A stretch of DNA of 64,000 bases, from the NCBI RefSeq assembly GCF_964204645.1, contig NC_134033.1, positions 2,438,131-2,502,130 on the forward strand, in the 5' to 3' direction. This document shows positions 36,501 through 49,454 of this stretch, in pieces. The DNA comes from Tubulanus polymorphus. Taxonomy: Eukaryota; Animalia; Nemertea. The notes under the pieces were generated by a model, which made no database searches, was not told where the DNA came from, and saw only the letters and a list, made by a program, of their open reading frames with translations. Position 1 is the stretch's first letter; every line of letters starts with the position of its first letter. Made by a program: the position numbers and the translations under genes.

Positions 36501-37169
36501 TTAGACCCGTTTACAATAATGATTGCATAAAAGTCATGGTACATTCAGCATTTTAAAATTGATTCTAAACAGTATTTTGAATTAATGCAGGTATCAATCT
36601 GCTGTCGGAACCATGAATTCATTAAAATATCACAAACCTACTCAATATCGGGATTTCACATGTGATCAGTGCTTCACCTGAGACATTTCTAATTGAAAAT
36701 GAACTACAAACACCAGATATTAGACATTTTATCAGCTCACTTTCAAAAACTGATCGCCCACACTTCACATGTGTTCAGAACTTCAGACGGGGCATTTTCA
36801 ATCATTTTGCAATGGGGCAATATGGCAGGCGAGGATCCGCCAGGTGTCGCTAGTAGATAGTTGGTCGTCCACGTTCGATTTCGTTTACATTTCAATTAAA
36901 CCTAAATTAACTTTTCTCTTCGATGAATGAATCATTTTTGGAAACTTTACCGATATCCGATTAGAAGAATGAAAGTATTGTATATTGGTAGTATATGGAT
37001 TGAGGAGTTCAAAAATCCAGTTCAAATGTCATTGAAAATGAACTAATTTTGACAACGAACGACCTACTGCTTGTCGCGCCATCTGATGGTATAGCTGGTT
37101 TTGCGGGTACCCCATTGGTAAATGTCTGATGGAATGGTTCTTGGTTATACGTTGATACCTGCACTACTG

Positions 37170-38110
37170 TGGACCCTCGTTATCACACAAACTGTATTGG
37201 TTTGACTATTTCAGGTGGCTAAACACTTCACTTACCTGCGGGAACACGACATTGTCAAATGTATCGGTATCGGAACCTTGAACCAGCGGAGAGAAGTCCT
37301 TATACAGCACCAGCAGATGAACATAGCCTCCTTACAGCATCTCAACTTTACAGGGTGGTTCTTAGAATACGCAACAGATCTACGATTAGTTTTAAACCGT
37401 TGTTGATAAACCGATAAACACGTTTCTAATTGCGCCAGGTCACAGCTTATTCACTTCAATATATTGTACTGTGGTTTTACGCATGTAACTGAGCATGAAT
37501 TGATTGATTAAAGAAACTCTAATTTACACTCGTCGCAGATTTGACTAAAATGACACAACTAAACACAAAACAAAATGGTTTCTATATTGGTTTATTCAAA
37601 ATATTACAGTTAATTCGACTGTTAAAACGGTTCCAGCAATCCTATTATTTATGATGAGGCTCTGCTTAGCTTTATCTTTGGAGTTGCCGACATCCCCGCT
37701 GATCATCCAGGTCCCAGTTACACGGACAATATTGCAATTATTGAATTAATAGTGTCAAAAGGCTTTGGGTTATAGGTGGACGAGGTGGACATCTTGCTGG
37801 AAGCAAGGAGCATCTCTCGGTGAAAGTCTGTTTCTAACCTCAATCAGTCTGTGGGCTGGAGCGCCGTCCTGTGCCCACTAGGTACTCTCCAGGGTCACCA
37901 GAAAAAAGACTCTACGACAAGTGTAAATTAGCGAAGGCGACATCTGTTGCATTTTTTAGAACCACCCTTTGTAGCAACCGCGATCTCCGAACCCGGAACG
38001 TACAATTAAACTTATTACAATAAGAAGCCATTCCGTGAAATAGTCAAACCCGAACTTCATATTGATTTACTCGTTATAACCCGATTAATCGTCCTTGACC
38101 GATCAGATAT
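37170..38110 (+). repeat. Local duplicated module, copy 3
   Basis: Collinear with 28230-29100; its 3' part is inverted relative to 25125-25375. Confidence 0.8.
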
Positions 38111-39219
38111 TTGAGACATCATCTGATATCAATAATACACAATGGCGCTTTTTTAGTCCTGATGACGACTTCAGAACGTAAATATTTCATCAGCTCGATT
38201 GCGCATTCATCCAAAAACACATGGAAACAATAATTATACATGATTTTCAAAATGATTCGTTATAATGATTGTAAATATTTAAAAAATCAACCCAAATTTG
38301 AGGTATATATGCGACAAACTTTTCACAAACCTTCACCCGACTCCTCTTAGGTGCCCTTTACATAGTCTAGCCCACCTTCCTATACTGCCGAATTGCCCGT
38401 GTGTGGCTAGTATCTGAACGCATCCCGGCAGAGCCTCTCCCGAAAATCAACAGACTCAGTCCAACAAACTACCATACATCCGTATGACCCGTATTTTCCT
38501 GTTCCAAATCATACAGTCGAGCTCTAAGCCATCAGTCAGGTTGGCAGCCGTGAAGGTTCCCGGCTGTGTAGGGTTCGATTCCCGATACAGCGCGGATGTT
38601 GTCAATGTAAGTGAATATATACATATGAATAAATGATATATACGAATATTGATATTGTGTTCAAATGTGTTTCAAGTTTGCTCAATGTTTCTACCTTCAG
38701 ATTTCAGTTTCCCCTGCATAAGTTTTGCTAAACGTGTTACATGTATCAATGAATGCATCGAATGAAAAGTTTACGAATAATATATTTTCCAAATAATCCA
38801 CAAATATTGTTATGAAATTTTCATCTCGCGTCCAAATATGTGTAAAATCTAATGGTTTTAGTCTCAGACGATTGAACGGGTTGCAACAAATACACTTAGT
38901 TTGTAAAATCCAATATGCAATAAAGCAGTCAAAACTATAAGTTGTTGAAGTACCGATAAATTGTTAGACTCTTTTTTACTCTTCGAATGGTTTCAAGTGG
39001 AATAAACACTTCGAACACAATAATTAGAATCATTACATTCATCGATGCCCTTGAAATTTAGGAATTCAAACACAAATCACTGGTCACCTTCGATTCGAGT
39101 TAAGATTGAGTCTACTGTATTTCAGTTTGCCATAACGAGGGTCCATCTGTTTAAAACTAAGATTAAACCTAACCTAACCTTAATTTCCTAAAGAAAAACT
39201 ATTCAAAATCTCTACTCAC

Positions 39220-41300
39220 CGATTTATATCAGCAGTTTTTCGATTATCTTTTCCTTGAATTGATTTCAGCTCACAGGAGTCATCTATCAGACCAGGTTGT
39301 CTTAGACAGCACACACTTGATGCAATCAGGTCCTGATGAATGAGGCAGTTCTGGAATCTGGAAACTGTATTAATTTGACGGTTTAGTCAACACGCATTGG
39401 CAGCAATCAGATCCTGCACAGGACGGTCGTCTCTGAAAAAGCAACCAAAGTTTAATAAGACTTGAGTCAGCTTGAATCCGACCTAACTTAAGTTTGAAAT
39501 TTAGAAGTTAAAATGTCTGCTCACCAATTCATGAGTGGAACTTCATGGATTATTTCGATCAGTTATATTTTCCTTGGAAGATGTGACACTCAAGCTACAG
39601 CACTGATATCTGTCCGGTCTTGTTGGTCCAGTCAGCAAACATTTACAGTAATCAGTTCCCAAGGATGTATATCTTATCTGAAAAAACGTATTGATATCAA
39701 TGATGATTTTCAATTTGACTGAAATACATGCACATTGTAATCAGTTAAAAACCTACAAATCTACTCACCAACAATTTCTGTGTGAAGCATCATGGATTAT
39801 CTCAAAAATGTCTGGAGTTCACAGCGTCGGTTTACTCAGCTTCCGGGTATTGACAGCAATCAGGTCCTCAGTGAGGAATGGCTGATCTGAAAAACAACAA
39901 TTTCATATTTCAGTTTCGACTGCAAGAATCAATGTTTAAGTTTTAGGTTGGATTCCCGAGTGAGATCCCAGAGACAGGGAGTCAACTAGACTAATCTATC
40001 CACGAGATGTGAACTATCGAAAGCATCCCTCGGCAACTTCGCAAATCAGTCATTTAATTAGTGGACCTAATAATTGATAAAGATCTTATAGATCTCCCTG
40101 TTTACTAACCTAACCTCACGTAAGGATTGGACTTATATGCGCGTGTATAGTGAATTCAACGTATGTTACGAACACGTATTACACGATTTCAAAGACCGAG
40201 GACAATAACAGGACACAATAGTTAGTTAGTTAGTTAGTTAAGTTTATTTACTCCACAATTATACAATTGCACAGAGCACAAAATTAATTTACAATAGACA
40301 TTGCAACATTTAACATTAGAAATGTATTAAACATTGTCGTATATACAACGCCAATTTTTTAAGAGTTTGGCAATTTGAGTTGAACAAATCATACAACTTT
40401 ACGTTATTGGGGAATCTCCAATAACGCTCCGGGATATATCTAGCTCTGGATTCCTGGAAGTACGGGCAGACGAGTAAAAAGTGATATTCATCCCCCACCG
40501 CCACTAAATCACACTTTTGGCACAGCCTATTGGCACGGGCAATTCCACGCCACCGCCCAACTTCCACCGGTAGCCTGTGAGCTGAGCATCTAAATCTACA
40601 TAAAGTTAACCGGTCCCTAGGGGTTAATTCAGTTAGATACTTTTCCATTTCGAAACGGCATTTGATTGTTAAATACGTAACAGCCATAGTGGAATCAGTA
40701 AGTTTTGCATGCCAGACTTGCATAAACTGATCCTGCAATCTCTGTTTAAGAATCAGACTCAAGTAATTCACGTTTGGAATATTTTGATTTTCCCAAATAT
40801 ATCCGAGCCCATTTCGGAGCAAAATGTTCTTCACAGAATCCATCCAAGAGTTAGCTTGACCATCAATATAGCTATTATAAACACAACTGTAAACCTTTGA
40901 CGATAATTTATCATCAGTTATTAATTTTGCCCAAAAATTTACAATTCTAAGCTGTACGTAAACTTCGAGAGGAAAACGACTCAGTTCTCCATAGACAAAT
41001 GAGCTATTAGTAGATTTCTTTAACTTGAGTAAATATTTAAAAAATTTCAGCTGCACGCACTCAAGAACTCGGAGATTTTCGTAACCCCAAATTTCACAAC
41101 CAAATAATAGGATTGGTAATACCATGCTATCATATAACTTTAAACTAACATCAACGTCGAGTGAATATTCGCTAACCTTTTTTAAAACCTTTTTTAAAAC
41201 AGAGAACATAGCCCGCTGTGCTTGGTTTGCTAACGATATGAACTGAGTTTGTCATAATGCGGTTCAATGGACACGAGAACCACTGGCTAGATAATACCGG
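39220..41300 (-). ncRNA. Putative spliced lncRNA-like unit, copy B (first exon interrupted by a LINE)
   Basis: Minus-strand exon-like blocks ..40110, 39886-39769, 39677-39525 and 39432-39220 with canonical splice sites homologous to copy A. Confidence 0.45.
40221..41236 (-). mobile_element. 5'-truncated non-LTR retrotransposon (CR1/L2-group-like ORF2 3' end)
   Basis: ORF 40316-41209 with LYDSMVLPILLFGCEIWG, RFRCSAHRLPVEVGRW and RLCQKC...GDEYHFLLVCP. AATAAA is followed by a (TAAC)n tail. It is inserted into a repeat that is uninterrupted at 46040-46140. Confidence 0.92.
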
Positions 41301-41857
41301 ACTGACCCTGTTAATATGTCAACTTCAATATCGTAACTAATATATGAAGTAGATATAATATCAGATATTCTCTAACAGTCCTCGTTAAAATGATAGTTAT
41401 ATACAGTTATTTAAATCCTTTCAAAATGGGAATAACAAGAAAAACCAGATTGCAATTCAATCTATCGACAATCACATTTCCATGGTTTATTATTCGGATT
41501 TTCACTGGAATCAAACGCTAATCCCATATAGCAAGCACTATTTGCAATTGAATAGAACTAAAATCATTTTAATCATTTTCCTCACGACCTATTCACCATT
41601 TACAATCATCAGTTCTTGTACAACAAATACTGATTTAACACGATAAACTTTCACAAAACCCGAGTCTATTGTGTTAGTTTTCAGAGAATTGATTTTTTCC
41701 ATTTTCGCCGTTGACAATAAACCTTAGAAATGAATTCTAGCTGTTGATAAAAGTTAGATTAGTTTTCCAATACGCGAGAAAACACGATCTGTTCCAGTTC
41801 ATTTTCAGACAGACAGTAAACTCTCGTAGAGTCGGCGCCACAATCTCTCAGATCTCC

Positions 41858-42820
41858 ATGAATCATGAATTCAATTCTACTCAATTTCAAATTGGTCGAC
41901 CTTATCTTGGCTACATCTCTCTAATGTCTGTTGTGAACAGATCTGGAATCTACCGTACTGTGTCACTGGTCGTTCTGCCTGTCCTGTTCCTGTTGGGAGC
42001 CTTCGGAAATTTGGCTACTTTCCTGATAATGATAAGTCGCAGATTCCACGGTTTATCTTACGCTAACTATCTGATCGTTTTGTCTCTCAGTGATTTCACG
42101 TTTTGCATCAATTACACGCTGATGCCTGTTTTACAGTTTGTTCTCTTGCACGCTAAAGACGGTCCTATATTCATCATGAATTCACTGATCAGTTGTCAAA
42201 CCTATGAATTCGTAATGGCGTTTGCAAACTGCAATAGTTCGTGGTTGATAGTAGCGATATCTCTAGAACGAGGGGCAGTTGTGCTCTTCCCGTTCACATC
42301 TCGTTTGATATGTACACCGAGATTCGCTAGATTTACTATACTGATAATTACTGCAGTAAACGTACTGTTTTTGTATCTTCTACCAACTTTGTCGATGTAT
42401 GTTTCCGACCAGTTTTCTGGATGCTTCTATAAATTGTTTGACCAAATCCTATTTTTCACTGCAATTAGCATCGGAATTCACATCCTACCGTTAGCTTTGA
42501 TCATAACATCGAATGCCGTCATAATAGTTCAGTTATTCAGAGGTTTGAAACTGGTTTCCTCCGACCAGAAAACTACGAAATCAAAACGTACGACGATAAT
42601 GCTCGTAACAGTTTCACTCGCATTTGCGGTGTTCACGCTTCCAACTACTATCACCGCATTTTTACGAGTCTCGCCGGAACAGCGAGAATTTCTTTATGAC
42701 ATTTTCAATCAAATCCATGTTTGTAACTACGCGGTCAATTTCTACATATATCTTTTACTGGGACGAGAAATTCGCGAATATTTCTGTGCGAAAATCCGCT
42801 GTAGAAATTCAGACAAATAA
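41858..42820 (+). CDS. Intronless rhodopsin-family GPCR, paralogue of 18990-19982
   Basis: GAFGN, LSLSD, SSWLIVAISLER, CTPRFAR and NFYIY motifs; first ATG at 41858 (MNHEFNST). Confidence 0.92.
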   Translation: MNHEFNSTQFQIGRPYLGYISLMSVVNRSGIYRTVSLVVLPVLFLLGAFGNLATFLIMISRRFHGLSYANYLIVLSLSDFTFCINYTLMPVLQFVLLHAKDGPIFIMNSLISCQTYEFVMAFANCNSSWLIVAISLERGAVVLFPFTSRLICTPRFARFTILIITAVNVLFLYLLPTLSMYVSDQFSGCFYKLFDQILFFTAISIGIHILPLALIITSNAVIIVQLFRGLKLVSSDQKTTKSKRTTIMLVTVSLAFAVFTLPTTITAFLRVSPEQREFLYDIFNQIHVCNYAVNFYIYLLLGREIREYFCAKIRCRNSDK

Positions 42821-42867
42821 CCGTCGATTCTAAGTAGGCCTACATGTCAAATATCAACTTTTTCTGG

Positions 42868-43570
42868 ACTCAGTTCGACAGTAAAAACAGTTCGACAGTA
42901 GACTCAGTTCGACAGTAGACACAGTTCGACAGTAGACTCAGTCCGGCAGTGAACACAGTTCGACAGTAGACTCAGTTCGACAGTAGACACAGTTCGACAG
43001 TAGACTCAGTCCGGCAGTGAACACAGTTCGACAGTAGACTCAGTTCGACAGTAGACACAGTTCGACAGTAGACTCAGTCCGGCAGTGAACACAGTTCGAC
43101 AGTAGACTCAGTTCGACAGTAGACACAGTTCGACAGTAGACTCAGTCCGGCAGTGAACACAGTTCGACAGTAGACTCAGTTCGACAGTAGACACAGTTCG
43201 ACAGTAGACTCAGTCCGGCAGTGAACACAGTTCGACAGTAGACTCAGTTCGACAGTAGACACAGTTCGACAGTAGACTCAGTCCGGCAGTGAACACAGTT
43301 CGACAGTAGACTCAGTTCGACAGTAGACACAGTTCGACAGTAGACTCAGTCCGGCAGTGAACACAGTTCGACAGTAGACTCAGTTCGACAGTAGACACAG
43401 TTCGACAGTAGACTCAGTCCGGCAGTGAACACAGTTCGACAGTAGACTCAGTTCGACAGTAGACACAGTTCGACAGTAGACTCAGTCCGGCAGTGAACAC
43501 AGTTCGACAGTAGACTCAGTTCGACAGTAGACACAGTTCGACAGTGGACTCAGTTCGACAGTAGACTCAG
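42868..43570. repeat. 17-bp minisatellite organised as a 68-bp (4-mer) higher-order repeat, ~9-10 units
   Basis: Monomer GAC(T/A)CAGTTCGACAGTA; the variant CCGGCAGTGAAC recurs every 68 bp. Confidence 0.95.
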
Positions 43571-45078
43571 TAATAGTAATAATGATAATAGTAATGATGA
43601 TAATAATAATATCATCTAACAAGGGATCTAGTTTAAACAATGAAGTAGTCACATAACTTAATCGTCAGATGGCGCCAATGTCTTACGAGTGGTTGAATCT
43701 ACTTCCTGTTAACGAACCCAGTTCCACAGTACTGTTTTGAGTTAAGATTTGACTCCGAGTTTCATTGAAAATGAACTAATTTCAACTCGTGGAACTCTGT
43801 GGAACGGCATTCTGGGCTACGACTTCTGGGAATCAACATTCGATCATTCGAACCGATAATCACTAAGTCTGATACGATGTTGTCGGCGGTGTTACATCAA
43901 CATAGTATCATAGAAACTGACTTTTTGTAATTAGTCATTTTCAACCTGGTGTTTTCTTTTAAAATGAATTTTTGAAGGACAGCATTGAATATCGATAATC
44001 TACTTCCAAAACGTGGCCAGTGAAATCTGAATACAGATGCATTTGAATCCTGGTATCCCATCTTCCCGGTCTCAACATTGTCGGTCAGTTAACATTATCG
44101 ACAATATTAAGCAATGTATTCTATCGTTCAAGGCTTCAATAAAACTTAGTTAGTTTTCTCATTAAAATTTCTATCATCGCAACATTAAATATCAAGCGAA
44201 GAAAATTGATTATTGGTACACGGTTACCGGTACATTTTTAGTCGTACAAAATATCGTTTATATAGCATTACGTCGTTCGGATCTGGGCTTACCTTCACCC
44301 AACAGAAAACCTGTCGGGGTTTTTATTGACCACGATTTATTCTCACGGAAGGACCAAGGCCAAGTACACCTCGAGGAGTCAGCAGGACTCGAACCCGCTT
44401 GTCACTCAGCACTGAATGATAGCGAATAAAACAGCATCACGCATTAATTGAACTAACTGAACTACAGGGACTGACTCGGAATCGTTCGGCGACAGTTGCA
44501 GCGGAAAACACCGACCAGTTTGTGTCGGAAAACTCTCAGCGTTGTTACGTATATAAAGAAATTCACGCAGAAAACGCTTTGTCGAGGAATCGTAAACAAC
44601 TTGGTTAAAAATGGCCACAGCATCATTGAATAGAAGTGGAGGATTGGGTTTTTATATTCATTGATTCTTATGCCATTAATTCTCTGCACTAACAAGGACA
44701 CCAAACTGCCCAACTTGTGCCAACAGTCACATATAGCGTATGGCATTACTAGTAACAGATAAACAAGAACTATAAGCAGAAGTGTTTTACTGGTTTCAGT
44801 ACAGTATATATATATATAAACCTAAACTAAGTTTCCTTTTCACAACAATTTGTTGCTCGCGAGCAGCTTCTACGCTTATCTTTTCGGCTTAAAACCGATA
44901 TAACTTAAGTTTGACATTTAGAAAAGGAGTTGAAATGTCTACTCACCATAAATCACGTAACACGTGCAACTCAGTTATTTGTCGATTTGTTGGTTTCGTC
45001 ACCATCGATCAGGTCCCGAGGGCACTATCTAAAAATATTTTTAAAAACAAGAAAACTTTAAATTTAACTTGATGATTC

Positions 45079-45333
45079 AGGGCCGTCGGAACAGGGGCGG
45101 CAGGGCCCCACTTTTTTGCTTAACGAAATCTTTTTTAAAAGCACGGTGTACCGCGTAGCAGCTGGTCGTTCTCTGTACTAGGTGGTTAGCTCACGGCTTC
45201 TCATGCTTCTGTGAATGAGACCGTGAAATGGCCCCAAAACGCATGATTGAATTTTCAAAGTTTTTCTAGGGGGGGGGGGGGCAGACCCCTTCAGAAATAA
45301 GCCTCGCCACTGAAAAATTCCTTCCGACGGCTC
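45079..45333. mobile_element. MITE with CAGGGCCGTCGGAA termini
   Basis: CAGGGCCGTCGGAAC ... TTCCGACGGCT. Confidence 0.55.
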
Positions 45334-46039
45334 ATCTGTGATTCAAAGCAAGTTAGACCATGTCATCCAGGCGTTCTTATTTCACGTTGAAATGCGAAAT
45401 GAGTGTAGCTTAACCCCCCCCCCCCCCAAGTTAAAACCACCCAGGGGTAACAATCCCACATGGTAACAATCCCCCCAGGTAAAATTCCCACGGTCAAAAT
45501 CAAAGTTCAGTTTTCTATCAAACTTAAGTATAAAACCTAAATGAAATAGATAATAGTTTTTACAATAATATTGAGGGTACATAGATATTTTACTATTACT
45601 TATAATAAAATATTACTTATAGGGATTTTCAAAACAACTGCGATAATATCATTTCTTATGCATGTTGCTTGCTAAAAATCAGAGAATGATGTCAATTTTT
45701 ATGCACGTAGTTTGGCGAAAGTCACAGATCATCCTAGGCGAATATTGTGAATAACACAACGGAAAATTTCAAATTTTTGAAAACCATCTAAGTTTTTCAA
45801 GATAAGAATTTTGAAGTATTTTATTGAATTTAGCTGTGAAATCAAATTTGGGGGGATATTTACTGGGGGGGTATTTAGTGGGGGGATTATTACCTGTTAC
45901 CATGCGGAATACTTCAGGTTTTTGCTCACAGATGTAGTCGCTTGTACTGGCTATACACATATCTATCTGTTTTCTATCCTATCCGAATTCGACAAATCAA
46001 TTCTCACAACTAGTTGAATACAAATCGAACGAACTATAA

Positions 46040-46140
46040 GGTGATTTCAAAGACCGAGGACAATAACAGGACACAATATGAACTGAGTTTGTCATAATGC
46101 GGTTCAATGGACACGAGCACCACTGGCTAGATAATACCAG
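46040..46140 (-). repeat. Third, uninterrupted copy of the first-exon block of the lncRNA-like unit
   Basis: GATTTCAAAGACCGAGGACAATAACAGGACACAATATGAACTGAG...CACTGGCTAGATAATACC matches 40185-40220 plus 41237-41298 and the reverse complement of 23735-23835. Confidence 0.85.
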
Positions 46141-46884
46141 ATCGACCCTTTTAAACTTTTCAATAACGAATGTATTTCACATATATGGAGCTGTATCAGA
46201 TATTCTACCAGTACCCATTAAAATGATACAATGACTTTTTTCAAAAACGAATTATCAATTCACCATAATATAATAAGATATAGTTTTCCTTTGAAATTGT
46301 TATTGAAAATCTCTGGTTTCTTCTGGTCCTTGTGATTCTCATTCTTATTTTGCCCACATGATGTATACTGTATCAATTTCCATCGTCTCTTACTTGACAC
46401 AAGGCGTGGGTTGATGTACAGTGTGGGCTGCCAGCGAATGAGCAGAAAACGCCAATTAAGAAAAGTAGAAATTAAACAAAATCTGATCTGAAATCGTCAA
46501 TGATTATTCACCGCCCTGTTTGCTATTGCAATCGCTATGTGCGAAATCCTTACTTCTAAGTTATCAAAAATGAAATCCTTATATACAATTTCATACTGAT
46601 CGACGTTCACCGTGAGATATAGAACTCGATAATTTCCTGCCGCCGATGAAAGAATTTATGAATTCCAGAAATTTCGCCCGTTTCAGCTTTCAGACTTCTG
46701 CCCTGTGAGAATTTGAATGCACAACCAGACGAAATCATCTACCGCCTATGAAACGAATTGGTATCCAGATAATTTGATTGCAGAACCAAAATGGAGCGAA
46801 TTTGTAAATGCGTTTTCGTGACAAATTGGAACTAATGCCAGTATTTGAGTTTAGATAAAGGTTTCAGACCAACTCGAAAATATA

Positions 46885-47838
46885 ATGAACAAAACCGTAG
46901 TTAACGTTTACGATTCATTATGGGAGTTCAGATGGATACAGATAGCGTATATTACACCTCCGCTGGTTTTAGTCGGCGCTGCGTTCAACGTGTTGGTAAT
47001 CATCGTATTTCACAAACTGAAAACTAAAAACCGCTGCTTCGATTTACTGAAATACCTGGCGCTCGTCGACATCGCGTTTTTACTGTCAAAATTCATTCTG
47101 AACCCGGTACGATATTACATCCACTACGCGCGTTACGGCGACTCGATCAAGAAATTTCCCAATTACAGAATTTTCCCGGTACAAATGACCATATGGGCGA
47201 GTTTGTTTGCTAAAGGATTTCTAATGTTCCGAAATCTTCTAACCGTCATAATCCAATGCGAACGATTGGTTACTATCATTTTCCCGCTGCACGTAAAACG
47301 CAGCTTAAAGCCACTCGTCATCGTTACGGGTATTCTATCAATATCTATATGCGCTTACTACCCTATTACTATGCGTATTCGATCATCGAGTAGGTATAAA
47401 GAATTTCGATTCGTTCATGATTTGTATTACAGCGCCGGGATCTATAGATTAGTCTACAAACTCATGAACAAATACATAGACCCGATCATCCGCGTTATTC
47501 TTGCAAATGTTTTAGTTATCGCGGCAAACATAGCTCTCATTATTGTCTTATACGTGAAAAGCAAGCGACGCAAAACTCTCTGCGCGTCCAAAATCTCGAC
47601 ATCTCAAAATCAAACAAAAGCCACTAAAATGGTGCTCGCGATGAGTGGGGTATTCACTGTTCTAGAAATTCCGGGCTTCTTCGGTAAGTTCGGTATCGGG
47701 GATGTTTTCTACAAAACGTTTATCAATCAGATTTACGCGGTTTCGTCGCTTTTAAATTCGTGCGTTAATTTCATACTCTACTCGATCGTAAACGAACAAT
47801 TCAGAAAAGCGTTGTCGCGTTCGTTTAGGATCGATTAA
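46885..47838 (+). CDS. Intronless rhodopsin-family GPCR, related to 21275-22258, 317 aa
   Basis: LALVD, RNLL..QCERL, FTVLEIP and NFILY motifs; 7 TM segments. Confidence 0.92.
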   Translation: MNKTVVNVYDSLWEFRWIQIAYITPPLVLVGAAFNVLVIIVFHKLKTKNRCFDLLKYLALVDIAFLLSKFILNPVRYYIHYARYGDSIKKFPNYRIFPVQMTIWASLFAKGFLMFRNLLTVIIQCERLVTIIFPLHVKRSLKPLVIVTGILSISICAYYPITMRIRSSSRYKEFRFVHDLYYSAGIYRLVYKLMNKYIDPIIRVILANVLVIAANIALIIVLYVKSKRRKTLCASKISTSQNQTKATKMVLAMSGVFTVLEIPGFFGKFGIGDVFYKTFINQIYAVSSLLNSCVNFILYSIVNEQFRKALSRSFRID

Positions 47839-48192
47839 CCCTTTAGTGCCTCAGCCCTAAAAATGTATAATATCTCTTATTGACCTATGTTTTCCGCATC
47901 CTCTAATTGCATACAACACAAATTCAGTATCAGTTTCAAAAAATTTGAGAAAAAAATTTTCTTCATATTTCAATGAACATATTTGGACATCAGGCTATTG
48001 GAGCCAGGTTATAAAGTTACAATTTATGACTACAATTCCCTGACGCCATCTATCGTGAAAACTTTGTACTAAGTCAACTTCTGTTGACATCAGGCTTTCC
48101 AAGCAATTATTTTGGATACTTTCATAGCTTGCGCAGGCAGCTATGATTGGAAATATGTTCGTCGACGTGCGTGGACAGGAGGCACTAAAGGG
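47839..48192. mobile_element. piggyBac-type MITE
   Basis: TTAA|CCCTTTAGTGCCTC ... GAGGCACTAAAGGG|TTTTAA, a perfect 14-bp TIR. Confidence 0.8.
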
Positions 48193-48502
48193 TTTTAAGA
48201 CTCGACAAAAAGAAATCAACGCGCGATAATGGTTATTGTTGTGCAGATGGTTTAGTAGTTTAGATTAATGTACGGAAGCTGGAGTTCGTGGCCAGTGTTG
48301 TTATTGCCAGATAAACCGCGTTGATGCGTACGTCATACTTGGACATAAATACGTAGAAGTAATATAAATAAACAAGTCTGAAAGTGACGTATGTGTCTAC
48401 GTAGGCAAACCTAATATGGCGCGGCCATGAGCTCTGATGAGTGCAAAAGGGTATTTATAGATAATTGTGACGTGTGCAGATACGTCATCACCCATACATG
48501 AA

Positions 48503-48883
48503 TGTTGTGACGTAAGAATACGTCACAATGCATGAAATCCGAGCCATGTGTGGAATAGGGCCTGCACACGTTACTAAAGATAAAATAATATAAAAGGGTT
48601 TAAGAAAGCTTTAGAGAGAGGCTGGAGAGAAGAGGTTTAAGAGAGAGCTCCGGTGAATGATCTTGTACACATCTAGTAAGAGAAAAATAGACGAATAGAT
48701 ATCTGGGAGCTGTGTAAGGAAGTCAAGACCAAGGACTGAGATCTGGACGAAGAGAGTGTCCTCGCAACATCGTCGAGAGGAAATATCACCACGACGCTAG
48801 TTGGACAACCGAATCCAGATTCACAGCACTGGAAGATATACGGACCATACAACAACATAGGTGCAGAATCCATAACCATAACA
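48503..48883 (+). mobile_element. Possible solo LTR
   Basis: Ends TGTTGTG ... CATAACA with an internal TATA-like AATAAAAGGG; no target-site duplication found. Confidence 0.3.
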
Positions 48884-49454
48884 TTATCACTGTATTTCAC
48901 GAAGTGAAAACTAAACTAAATTTCCGATCAATTTTCAAGAATCGATTCCCTTGTTTTTGTTCCCGACGAATACAATACAATCAAGTCGAGGTTCGAGCCT
49001 TTTTTCCGATGGAATAAAGAAAAACAATACATTAAAACATGAAAGAATTCAACTGCGACGACATTTTGTACCACTAGTGTCAGGCTCTATTTCGTGTCTG
49101 GAAATTTGCGTCTTTCTTGAGATCAATTAAATTCTATCGAATGAGCAGTCGAAAAATCAGTCTCAATGATATCAAATACGAAGTCGAAAGTAGGAATGAA
49201 ATATCACCCTGCCCCCAGCGAGATTTGAAATCACGACCGCTCGTTTACAAGACCAGTGCTGACACTCTTCTGGGGGGTATTTGCATCCACGGCCGGGTTC
49301 GAACCCCCGTTCGGAAAAAAACGCCTCTCGACAAATGATAGAATTCATGAATAAATAACAAAAAAAACACAATGTCTCAATTCACCTTTAGATTTACTGA
49401 ATAGAATATGAATAGGGATGTGAGAATGTGATAAGTTGTGTCAGAGTTGGAGGT

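Noticed and set aside
49205-49312. tRNA genes suggested by GGTTCGAA boxes (also ~44385, ~54245 and ~38575)
   Set aside because: No complete cloverleaf could be folded; these look like SINE or tRNA relics.
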